Shown here: positions 23,546 through 33,002 of the stretch, piece by piece | Numbering within the stretch: the stretch's first letter is position 1 | How the letters are laid out: every line of letters begins with the position of its first letter | Assembly (NCBI GenBank): GCA_032718475.1 | Contig: JAUCBJ010001523.1 | Span: forward strand, 1-38,850 | Direction: 5' to 3' | Length of the DNA: 38,850 nt | Source: Nemertoderma westbladi | Taxonomy: Eukaryota > Animalia > Xenacoelomorpha | Notes under the pieces: generated by a model | The model's input: the letters and a program-made list of their open reading frames with translations, nothing else | The model's database searches: none | What the model was told of the DNA's origin: nothing | Position numbers and translations under genes: made by a program

Positions 23546-26500
23546 CTAATTTTTAAAGGTGTGTAAACCATTAGTTTTACACTTTTTTGGGTGCGGACAC
23601 TTGCACCTAATTTTCACAGTGACTGTGCGCACTATGTTTTGCACGTCTGGGTGTGTGTGCAAGATCACTCCAGTCTCCCAATACTTTCTCTTGACAATCG
23701 GTTCGGTTATCAATACGTAATCTCCCTTTTGGAGACTCCGAACCGTTTTGTACCACTTTGTTCTGGTGGATATGGTGGGAAGATAATATTCCCGCCAATA
23801 TTCCCAGAATGTGTACGCCACAAATTGAGTCATTTTCCAGCTTTTACGACTATATAGGTCGGCACTAACGGGTTCTGATGCCGGCACAAGAAATGCTGGA
23901 CTCTGCATTAGCAAATGATTCGGCGTTAATGCAACACCGTCTGGCAACATAGCTATCGGCCTCGAGTTTAGGGTATGCTCGATTTCAATGAAAGCTGTAA
24001 CCAGTTCGTCATCGGTAAGTTGTTTGTTCACAGGCAATGTTTTAGCAATGGCCTGCTTCACAGAGCGAACTAAACGCTCCCAACTTCCTCCTCTCCAAGG
24101 ACTTTCTGGAGTATTAAATCTCCACTCTACTCTTTGCGACAAAAGTGCTGCAGAAATTTCTTTATTCTGTGCCGCTTTATGAGCCGCGTTCAACTCGCTA
24201 TTCCCTCCGACAAAGTTTGTACCCTTATCGGAGTAGAACGCCTTTACTAGTCCTCTCCTGGCCATAAATCTCTTTAAGGCCAGGAGCAGAGATTTGGTCG
24301 ACATGTCTGCCACACGCTCAATGTGTATGGCTCTACTAGCCATGCATGTCAGTAGCAGACCCCATCGCTTGTGGGTCAGCCGTCCACTCTTTGCCTCAAT
24401 CGGACCAAAACAGTCCACCCCTGTGTTCGTAAAGGGTGGGTCATATGCCTGCACTCTCGCTTCCGGGAGTTCAGCCATCTCCTGTTCCAATACTCTGGCG
24501 TTCACTCTCTTGCAAACCAGACAGGCGTCATACATAGTGCCGACTGCCCTGCTTGGCTGCAATAGAATGAATCGCTGTCTCGCTGCCGACAGACAGTGTA
24601 ACTTTCCCGCGTGATGTAATCTCTTGTGTATATCCCATAGAATCGCTCTTTGCAATTCTATTGGGTGACTAGGGATTATCACTGGGAACCTAAACTGTGA
24701 GTTTATGTCGACAGTCTGGATTCTCGATCTATGACAAATTAAACCCTTATGGATTAATGGACTCCATTTTCTAAGGGGTTTATAGAGAACTGGTCGTTGA
24801 GCCGATAATAGATGGAATTCTTTTGGGAAGGTACACATTTGATAATGTTTCAAATGCTTTAATTCCGCTTGATCAATCTCATCCTCTGTCAGAGGTTGTT
24901 TCAATTTCCGAATTCGCTCACTATTGGTGCTCAATGGTTCTCTCAAATGTTTCGAATGTTTTAAACAAAGGTACAAAATGTATCGGCTTAACCACGCAGT
25001 TCTTTTACAAATTGTCAGCCAAGAGGCAGACGAATTTAGTAATTTGTCATAAATACTGCATGACTCTATTGCCAACGACGGTTGTCCGCTAACTAATGGA
25101 AGTTTCGAATCCAAACCCGCAGGTTTGGAAACCAAAGACTCCATTGTGTCGGTCATTTTCTGTACGTCACTTACCAACTGTGACTCCGGTTTAGTCTGTA
25201 AGGGTGGTTTTATGTCATAACTTACCCTTCCGGACCTAGTAGTCACGTAAGTCTGTTGGTCTGACAGGTCTCCGGGCCGCTCCAATGACTCTTCAGGCCG
25301 CTCCAATGACTTAAGTTTGGCTTTAGACTTTGACTTAGAGACTTTCTCCACCTTGACTTCTGCATCTTCAGGCATCGGATTGGTCACTATCTTTAGTCGC
25401 TCTGGCCAATGTTCCTGTGTCCTCGTTAGAAAATCAGGTCCATGCAACCAAAACTCCTGCGACTCTTCCTGACAGAATTCCGCCGGCATTGCACCTCTCG
25501 AAGTTATGTCGGCCGGGTTCAACACTCCCGGACAATGTCTCCATTGTTCCTTCGTCGAAAAGTCGACGATCTGAGCGCGTCTATTGGCCACAAATGTCTT
25601 TAGTGCAATATTGTCGGCCGCAATGTATACTAACACCAAGGATGCGTCCATCCAATAGAATAAGGTCAATGTCGTGTCTAACTCCTCAGTTATTTGCTTA
25701 CTTACCTCGACTGAAACTACAGCCGCCTGTAACTCTGCACGAGGGACAGTCATGTATTTGACCGGCATTGTCTTTGATCTAGAAGTTACAAAGGCCGTCT
25801 CAAATTTGTCCTGACTTACCTCTCGGCGAAGGTAGGCTACCATACCAAAGCCGGTGTCACTTGCGTCACTGAACAGATGCAGCTCTAAATCAGCTGGGAA
25901 TACCAGCTGATTCGGAAAGTAGGAACGGGGTACGTCTATATTTTTCAATAGATGTAACTCGGCTTCCCACTCTCTCCACTGCTTTGCATGTATAGGAGAT
26001 ATTGGTTCGTCCCACTCTAGGTCGGACAACCAAATTTTCCTCATGCACGCTCGTGCCTGTAATATAACCGCACTGATAAAGTTCATCGGGTCAAATAGTC
26101 TACTTAAAGTCGATAAGCAAATTCTCTTTGTCAAAACTTTGTCTGGGCTACTGGGTTCAAATCTAACTCTTACCTGGAACTTATCTGAGTTCGGGTTCCA
26201 AGCGAGTCCCAGTACTCGCGCCATGGGAATTGGTTCTACCCCCAATTCTATGTCTCCGCTCCCGCGATCTTTCACCGGGAACGACTCTAATAGGGCCTCC
26301 GAATTAGTAGTGAACTTGGTTAGAGGAAATCCCCCTGTTGCCAAGCACTCCTGCAGGCCGTGAGCCACTTCTATGGCTTGTTCCGCCGTGTCCTTGGACA
26401 CCAATCCGTCGTCCATATAGAAGTTTCTCAAGATGGACTCGATTACTTCTACTGGGTACTTACCAATCTGGGCTGTTGCCGTTTTCTTTAGAACAAACAG

Positions 26501-28204
26501 CGTGCCATTCGGACTATCGCGGGCGCCAAATATCCTAACGTACATTTGGTATGTAACCACTGGGCCGGATAAGTCTTCATTCTCGTACCAGAGAAAGCGA
26601 AGGCTATCCTGGTCTGCCCTACAGGCTCTTACCTGGTGGAACATCGCCTCGATGTCACAAGTAAATGCGAATCGCCGCTGTCTAAAACGCAACAGTATTC
26701 CAATCAAATAGTTATTCAGGTTGGGACCATCCATCAACTCTGAATTCAGGGACATACCTCTATAGACTGCTGCGCAGTCGTTGACTACTCGGACTTTGTC
26801 AGGTTTGTCAGGGTGAGTCACATAGTGGTGTGGAAGGTAATAAGTCTGGTCTGTCACTAAGTCAGGGTCCTCTACCTTCCCAGCAAATCCCTTGGCGAAA
26901 TAGTTGTTGATCTGGGCGCAATACTTCTCCCTAATGTCTGGATTCTTTAACAACCGAGCCCTTACTCCGTTTAATCTTTTCAAGGCTAAGTTGTAGTTGT
27001 TCTCTAACTTAGGTGGTTGTCGACGCCACAACATTCCAACTTCAAAATGTCCAGTCGGTAGTAGACGTATGGTATCTTCCATCATCTCCAGCGACCGTTT
27101 CTCATCAGTAGACATGGCTAGGTCATATCCACCGGGTTCCATTGCGTCCCTATCCAGCCATTTGACGGTTCTGGCTCCTGTCTCGAGGTCCTGGCGTATC
27201 AATTCCTTCCGTAATTCCTCCTCACTGTATTGGAAAATGTCTAGGTCTCGATATTTAGCCACTTGACCCTCCACTATGTCGGTATAAGTCAAAACGTTAG
27301 TCAAATAGGTAGCGTGGGCCGCTGAACCAGACCCACGGGTCTGATAACAGTAGTCCTCGGGTTCACTATCTGTCCGGTTGTTGTGAAGTGGTTCCGACAA
27401 CCTAACATTATCAGGAATCAACTCCTCGTCCGACTCGCTAAAGTCACTATAGTGGTCAATACAGGTTCTCCTAAACTCGTCTATGTCTGGTGGTTCTACT
27501 AACGGTGGTTGAGTTATAGGCTGTAATTCATCGTATCTGTTCATTGGCTTGTCGCCACCTGTAAACTCATAAGACATGGGTACTCGTGTATACCAACCTA
27601 GTATGGTCCTATGGGCATGTGGTCCATTGACATGCGGCTCAGCTGGTCTCGTTTCCCATATTTGGTGTGCGATCAGCAGTTCTGCACCAATCAACATAGA
27701 AACATTCCTATAACCTACCTGGTGTCTGGGTATCCTGAGCTTGTCAAAATACTCCTGTGCTATGGGACTCATCGGCGGCACCTTACCTAACTGCCTGCCG
27801 AATCCCTTCATAGCTAGACACTTAAATCCGTCCAATGGCAAAGCCTTCCGTTCTTGTCGAGTATGTTGGTCTCTCGGAAGTAGGGAATCTAGTTCTACCG
27901 AAATTCTGTGTCCCTTGAGGTCTCCTACCCCATGCATAGACTTCAACTCTATTTGGATCTCCTCGGCGTCCTGGAAGCTAGAAACGGCTCTCGCCACTTC
28001 CTCGTCGATATATGATAATGTGGACGCAGTGTCCAGCATCACATATATTCGCTTCGATCCCTTATCGCCAGTAAGTTTCACCGGAATCACGCTAAATATT
28101 TCCGACGTGGCCGATGATAAATACGTCCGCGCGCTGGTCGATGAACTATCCGCGGTGAAACCTTGGCAGGTCACTTCTCTCGCGCTCGACTCGCCATCCT
28201 CGTC
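23546..28204 (-). CDS. pol: BEL/Pao Pol: aspartic protease, reverse transcriptase, RNase H, integrase
   Basis: PR MLDTAS; RT YLPHH, KVRVVNDCAA, DIEAMFHQV, FYMDD; RH LHLFSDAS, VPRAELQAA, NPADITSRG; IN HKRLHHAG..CLVC, GVDCFGP, SDKGTNF, GGSWERLV; C-terminal FWEYWREYYL. The frame is open from 28204, directly after the gag UAG. Confidence 0.95.
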   Translation of the reverse strand, partial: DEDGESSAREVTCQGFTADSSSTSARTYLSSATSEIFSVIPVKLTGDKGSKRIYVMLDTASTLSYIDEEVARAVSSFQDAEEIQIELKSMHGVGDLKGHRISVELDSLLPRDQHTRQERKALPLDGFKCLAMKGFGRQLGKVPPMSPIAQEYFDKLRIPRHQVGYRNVSMLIGAELLIAHQIWETRPAEPHVNGPHAHRTILGWYTRVPMSYEFTGGDKPMNRYDELQPITQPPLVEPPDIDEFRRTCIDHYSDFSESDEELIPDNVRLSEPLHNNRTDSEPEDYCYQTRGSGSAAHATYLTNVLTYTDIVEGQVAKYRDLDIFQYSEEELRKELIRQDLETGARTVKWLDRDAMEPGGYDLAMSTDEKRSLEMMEDTIRLLPTGHFEVGMLWRRQPPKLENNYNLALKRLNGVRARLLKNPDIREKYCAQINNYFAKGFAGKVEDPDLVTDQTYYLPHHYVTHPDKPDKVRVVNDCAAVYRGMSLNSELMDGPNLNNYLIGILLRFRQRRFAFTCDIEAMFHQVRACRADQDSLRFLWYENEDLSGPVVTYQMYVRIFGARDSPNGTLFVLKKTATAQIGKYPVEVIESILRNFYMDDGLVSKDTAEQAIEVAHGLQECLATGGFPLTKFTTNSEALLESFPVKDRGSGDIELGVEPIPMARVLGLAWNPNSDKFQVRVRFEPSSPDKVLTKRICLSTLSRLFDPMNFISAVILQARACMRKIWLSDLEWDEPISPIHAKQWREWEAELHLLKNIDVPRSYFPNQLVFPADLELHLFSDASDTGFGMVAYLRREVSQDKFETAFVTSRSKTMPVKYMTVPRAELQAAVVSVEVSKQITEELDTTLTLFYWMDASLVLVYIAADNIALKTFVANRRAQIVDFSTKEQWRHCPGVLNPADITSRGAMPAEFCQEESQEFWLHGPDFLTRTQEHWPERLKIVTNPMPEDAEVKVEKVSKSKSKAKLKSLERPEESLERPGDLSDQQTYVTTRSGRVSYDIKPPLQTKPESQLVSDVQKMTDTMESLVSKPAGLDSKLPLVSGQPSLAIESCSIYDKLLNSSASWLTICKRTAWLSRYILYLCLKHSKHLREPLSTNSERIRKLKQPLTEDEIDQAELKHLKHYQMCTFPKEFHLLSAQRPVLYKPLRKWSPLIHKGLICHRSRIQTVDINSQFRFPVIIPSHPIELQRAILWDIHKRLHHAGKLHCLSAARQRFILLQPSRAVGTMYDACLVCKRVNARVLEQEMAELPEARVQAYDPPFTNTGVDCFGPIEAKSGRLTHKRWGLLLTCMASRAIHIERVADMSTKSLLLALKRFMARRGLVKAFYSDKGTNFVGGNSELNAAHKAAQNKEISAALLSQRVEWRFNTPESPWRGGSWERLVRSVKQAIAKTLPVNKQLTDDELVTAFIEIEHTLNSRPIAMLPDGVALTPNHLLMQSPAFLVPASEPVSADLYSRKSWKMTQFVAYTFWEYWREYYLPTISTRTKWYKTVRSLQKGDYVLITEPIVKRKYWETGVILHTHPDVQNIVRTVTVKIRCKCPHPKKCKTNGLHTFKN

Positions 28205-31030
28205 CTACGAACCTGGTTGATAACCATCGTCCTGGATGCCAGTGTACGTATTCCTCCTTATCGATACGGGTTCTTTGCTCCCCTTCCTGTGAGGATTTCG
28301 CTGTAAGTAACGGTCCGTTGGGGTATGGAAATCCGCATGTAGCAACTTGTGATGTAGTCTGCCGCATTCCATGCATCCGTCCTTGCTGTTCGGGCACTGC
28401 CGCCGTACATGACCTGGCGCAAGACATGCCCAACAGGTGTCCAACGTCCGCACTTGAACTCTTCTCTGTTCCGAATTTAATTCTTTGAACCGTCTGCAAC
28501 TATCTAACTTATGGTCGTCAGATCTTACCTCCTTTAGTAAACAGTATTGGCAACCTACAATTCCATCCGGCAACTCCTGTTGCTTTAACCTAGGTCTATC
28601 TAACCGCTCACCTGACCATACTCGCGAGTCTGATCTAAAGGCTGGGGTACTCGAATTATATCTGTCTACTGAGTTAAATGTCACAGTGGTCCTGTCGTCG
28701 TCAAAACTTACCATAGACTTACCGGTAACAGGTTTAGACTCCCTCATGTTCTCCTCTGAGAAGTTTGATTTCATCTCTGCTACTGCGTCTGTGGCTATCA
28801 TGTCATGAATATGCTGAAGTGTCAATACTTTACCTTGGCCCTCCAACTTATTCTCTAATTTGCGCCATTTCTGTCTGTAACGCATGTTTAGACGTCTTAT
28901 TACGCTCTTCAAAACTTCGGCGTGATCACCATGATGAGGTAGATTCACCATCCTCAAGATGTCCAATGCGTTCGAAATAGCGTTCGCTAAGTTCAACAGC
29001 TCTAACGGAGTTGTAATCCTTCCGCCCTTACCCAAGTCTTCTACTATCGACTGCGCCATCTTGGTTTTATTCCCGTAGATGTCACTAAGCTTCTTCATCG
29101 CTAATTCGAATGCCCGTTCATTGCCGATGAAGTTATCAGCAATGGCTCTAGGTTCTCGATGGAGCATCTGAAGCAAATAGTTGAACTTCTCGTTGGAAGT
29201 AAGGGTGCTGTTGGTTAGCTGCTCGTCGACATAGGTTTTGAAGGTCCTCCAATGCTTATGGTTGCCCATAAACTTCTGGGGTTGTTGCGTCGGCAGTCCT
29301 TGCCTAGCAGCAAACTTACCTATGTCCCTAAGGGTTGCGTCGTTCCGGGTTAACAAATGGTTTAGTTCCGCAGGGTTGTTAAGTCTGGTCCTTTCCCGGT
29401 GGTTCCAACTTACCTGCTCCGCGTCGGTCCTTCTTTCCTTATAGTTTCGGGACTTCTGACGTCTCATTTCTTCCTCTTCATCGCTTGACTCGGTGTCAGT
29501 CCTTAGCGCTCGCGATGGTTTGCGCGCCGAGGCCCTGACCCAAGCCTCCTCAATAAATCTTTCCGCCGAATTTTCGAAATTGGGATTATGGATATTCGGG
29601 ACAGGCGTCCTTACCTGAGGTCTATGTGGTATAGTCTCCTCCGATATGCGTACTCGTTGACTAGGCTGGACTTTATCTAACTCAGGCCTGCTGGGATTTG
29701 AATTACTTCTTACCTGGGCTGCTTCCTTTAACCGTAGGTTGCTAAGCATGTCCGTTATAGGTTGGATGTGCGGCGATATAGCTTGCGCTAAACTAGCACT
29801 TAACTCATCCCTCGTAATAAATTCCTGGCTAGGGTTCTGTTGTATAGTCGGCTCTATCTGAGTAATCCGCTGTCTCTCATATGATCCCTCTTCCGGTTTA
29901 ACCCGGAAGTTCTCCGTCGAACTGGGTCGGCGCTCCGTCCGCGTTTTCCAAACCCGCGGGTTCGGTTCGCCAAGTACTCGTCCCGTCGGAGTTTCTCTAA
30001 ACTCTCCGTTGTCGCGTTCGGTGTATAGTGGTGCGGTGTTCCGATGACGTAGATCCTGGGCGATGGGTGAAGCACCAATACCAACTGGCGTGCGATATGT
30101 AGAGAACGGTTTAGCGATCCGTGTACTCGTAATAGCTGGACCGGGTATAGGAATTCTGGTCGTCGTCGACTCGCGTATGGTCGGAGTTCTCGCTTCCTGT
30201 TCGGCCTTCTGCAGTGCGAACAGTTCTCGCAACTCGGTCCCTACACTCGCCCCACATTCTTCGATCATTCGCATCCCCTTCTCGGCGATTTCATTCGCCT
30301 TCCTAGTCCGTTCTTCGCTCTCTAAACTTAATCTCGCACTTTCCAACTGCGCCAGTTTACGTTCTTCTTCTTCCCTCGCTCGTCTCGCTGCGCCCTCTGC
30401 TTCCACACGCGCCCTTTCTTCATACAACGCTTGTCGCTCTTTCTCGATCTCGAGTTCGCGTTCCTTGCGTTCGCGTTCAAGTTCGAGTTCGCGTTTCTTC
30501 TGTTCGCGTTCGAGCTGGAGTTCGCGTTCCTTGCATTCGCGTTCGAGCTGGAGTTCGCGTTCTTTCTGCTCGCGTTCAAGTTCGAGTTCGCGTTCCTTGC
30601 GTTCGCGTTCAAGTTGAAGTTCACGTTCCTTCTGCTCGCGTTCCGCTCGCTCACGCTTACCTTTATCTTCCAATTCGCGCAACTTCGCGTCTAACTTACG
30701 TGTTCGCTCCCTTTCCCGCTCGGCTTCCTTCCGTGCTTCCGATGCACGCAAAACTTCCGCCTGCTGTTCGTCCAGTCGGCGTCTTCTCTCCTCCGCCGAG
30801 TTGTGCGAAACAAGGGATCTAGCACATATTACCTTACCTCGCACGTGACTAACCTGGGAATCGCCGCTGTCTCTAGATGCGTCGTCGGGTGGAGTCAACG
30901 TCCTCTGTTGGATGTTCTCCGTCGTCGGTAGCACCTGACCCGGTACCACCACTCCATTCTGCATCAGCCAGCTAGTAACTTCCCTCTGATCGCTTGCGTC
31001 CTTCTGGGCTCCTCCCGGAGGCGCACCCAT
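28205..31030 (-). CDS. gag: BEL/Pao Gag
   Basis: Coiled coil; DUF1759-like PQKFMGNHKHWRTF..EKFNYLLQML; Zn knuckles CQYC-x9-H-x4-C, CWAC-x4-H-x4-C and CMECGRLHHKLLH. Confidence 0.93.
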   Translation of the reverse strand: MGAPPGGAQKDASDQREVTSWLMQNGVVVPGQVLPTTENIQQRTLTPPDDASRDSGDSQVSHVRGKVICARSLVSHNSAEERRRRLDEQQAEVLRASEARKEAERERERTRKLDAKLRELEDKGKRERAEREQKERELQLERERKERELELEREQKERELQLERECKERELQLEREQKKRELELERERKERELEIEKERQALYEERARVEAEGAARRAREEEERKLAQLESARLSLESEERTRKANEIAEKGMRMIEECGASVGTELRELFALQKAEQEARTPTIRESTTTRIPIPGPAITSTRIAKPFSTYRTPVGIGASPIAQDLRHRNTAPLYTERDNGEFRETPTGRVLGEPNPRVWKTRTERRPSSTENFRVKPEEGSYERQRITQIEPTIQQNPSQEFITRDELSASLAQAISPHIQPITDMLSNLRLKEAAQVRSNSNPSRPELDKVQPSQRVRISEETIPHRPQVRTPVPNIHNPNFENSAERFIEEAWVRASARKPSRALRTDTESSDEEEEMRRQKSRNYKERRTDAEQVSWNHRERTRLNNPAELNHLLTRNDATLRDIGKFAARQGLPTQQPQKFMGNHKHWRTFKTYVDEQLTNSTLTSNEKFNYLLQMLHREPRAIADNFIGNERAFELAMKKLSDIYGNKTKMAQSIVEDLGKGGRITTPLELLNLANAISNALDILRMVNLPHHGDHAEVLKSVIRRLNMRYRQKWRKLENKLEGQGKVLTLQHIHDMIATDAVAEMKSNFSEENMRESKPVTGKSMVSFDDDRTTVTFNSVDRYNSSTPAFRSDSRVWSGERLDRPRLKQQELPDGIVGCQYCLLKEVRSDDHKLDSCRRFKELNSEQRRVQVRTLDTCWACLAPGHVRRQCPNSKDGCMECGRLHHKLLHADFHTPTDRYLQRNPHRKGSKEPVSIRRNTYTGIQDDGYQPGS
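30440..30650 (-). repeat. 33-bp coding tandem repeat in gag (11-aa unit ERELxLERExK, ~6 copies)
   Basis: Visible in both DNA and protein. Confidence 0.9.
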
Positions 31031-32174
31031 GAGGCGGACGCTGTCCCACCACCCCTGGGGCCAGTCTGACTGATGTTATTATCAGACCGGGCCGGAGGGT
31101 GGCCCGATGCTTCCCGGGTTCTGTTTTCGGTCCCCCGATCACACCGGCACAGCTCGTCGAACGTGTAGCCAGATGGGCGGCTACTGTCAACTCACTGTGG
31201 CCTGACTGTACATTGAGCCAACTCAAAGTATAACAAAGAGTCAACCGGCAGGTGGACCAGTCGATAGCGATCGAGCACCAAGGTCGCCCTTGGGCCTAAC
31301 CGACGGTCTTGTCCCACGTGGGCGTGCGCTACCCAACATGGAATTTGGACACGTTTTCACCTGCCTCGCCGGCAGTATTGAGGGGACACCATTCCACAAC
31401 AATACTGACTAGCTCGAAAGCTAGGAACAAGTAACCACTTACCAGTCCTATACACGTGTACTCAACAGATGTTCACAATATCAAGTACACTACGGTAAAC
31501 ACAAAATCGGACACATACCATGCACACACAGAGGACATAATCAGGAAAGACAAAATCGGGGTCAAAATCAGGAGGGACTAGTTGTATCGACTTGAGAGAG
31601 AATGAGAAAGTCGAGAGTACTTTATTTTACCGTCAGGGTAAAATAACTTGTGTGCACAAAGCATGCTGGGGCGCAGTAAAGTATGGTCCTACTAATACCA
31701 GTGGTGTCTGGGCCAACCGGCAAGGTTTCCCACACTCACTCACAGTGGCCACACATACAATCACGTGTACTCACGTACCCACAGCAACAGAAAGCTCATC
31801 TCAGACCCAAACACACCCCAAAGACCAATCAGCTGAACATGGAGACAATAACATATAGTATCAAAAAAACGGAACAGCTGATGGTCAATGGCACACATCC
31901 AAGCCCCAAAGCTAACTGCCACTGGTCGCCCACATACAAATCACAGTTCACACCACATGAACCACAAATCACGCCATGCCACCACCCCTACTGTGTACAG
32001 GACTGGCAGTACGGCAACAGGCCGACTAGACGGTACCACGGCACCATGGCAATTCATGGTTCGCTAGACACGAGGGCCATCAGTATCTCCCTTGCACTTA
32101 GAAGAGCAAATTTAACGTGCCCCCAGACCCTCACGAGTCCACCGCCGCCTGCTGCAGGCACCCCTATAGAGACC

Positions 32175-33002
32175 TCACCTCTTTAGGTACCTGCGCTCCT
32201 CCTTGTCTTGGATCTCTTCTCGCTCCACTAACTCTCTCAACTCTGCGTCACTCACCTGAGTCGCCTGCGTTTGTGATGCCCATAGCAGCCAGTTCTCCGT
32301 CCTAACTCGTCGGAATCTCTCCGATAACTCGCGGTGCTCCAACAAGGCTGCTAAAACCCTGTCGTAAATCCTCGTCGCCACGTCGCTCGACTGAGACTCT
32401 ACTGCCTTCTTCGCTAGGACTGCAAGCTCCTCCGTCTGCTTGAATAACGCTGAGTTATATCCTCTTCTAATCTCTACTAACTCTACCCTCCCGATGTTCG
32501 CTGAGTCGGCTAACATTTTCCTTACCTTGTCCGCCGTCCGGGTTATATGTCCGGCGTGCGCGCGAAGTTTCTTCTTTATCGCAATGTCGAACTCTCTATC
32601 ACTTACCTGACTTACACTCGGTGGACTTGAAGGATTATTTCGGGAACTACGGGTACTCCTAACAGCCGTCGGGACCACGGCACTTACCATACCCACAGGT
32701 CTGGAAACCGGGCTCCGGGCTCTCGCTTCTGCTACACTACTCTCCCTATCACTCACCTCTGGTTGGGTTGCTGTACAATCCTTCCTATCAGTAGCGGTAG
32801 GGGATCCTAATACTATTACTTGAGGTTGTTGTTCTTCCTCACTAGTCACTGTCTCGTCCTCCTGTTCACTTACGTCAGCGTCGCTCGCTGCGTCGTCATA
32901 GTCGGCATTGTCGTCAACAGTAATATTGACGCTATTGTCAGTCGGCGGTCCAGCCGCCGTCTCATAGCTGTCCTCTAGTGCCTCCTTGTCTGAGACACTC
33001 AT
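32175..33002 (-). CDS. ORF0: 275-aa extra upstream ORF of the BEL/Pao element (acidic, disordered N-half; helical C-half)
   Basis: Clean ATG-TGA ORF on the same strand as gag, with similar GC content. KKKLRAHAGHITR resembles the helical N-terminal motif seen in many BEL/Pao Gag proteins. Confidence 0.75.
   Translation of the reverse strand: MSVSDKEALEDSYETAAGPPTDNSVNITVDDNADYDDAASDADVSEQEDETVTSEEEQQPQVIVLGSPTATDRKDCTATQPEVSDRESSVAEARARSPVSRPVGMVSAVVPTAVRSTRSSRNNPSSPPSVSQVSDREFDIAIKKKLRAHAGHITRTADKVRKMLADSANIGRVELVEIRRGYNSALFKQTEELAVLAKKAVESQSSDVATRIYDRVLAALLEHRELSERFRRVRTENWLLWASQTQATQVSDAELRELVEREEIQDKEERRYLKR

Noticed and set aside
28146-28499. Ribosomal frameshift between gag and pol via the overlapping ORF
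   Set aside because: gag and pol are in the same frame (31030-28174 is divisible by 3), so no frameshift is needed.
23591-30694. Plus-strand ORFs inside gag/pol
   Set aside because: Short antisense shadows of a long coding sequence, with no recognisable domains.
31055-31095. Hammerhead ribozyme core near CTGATG
   Set aside because: No CUGANGA/GAAA core with three stems could be assembled here or in the satellite.
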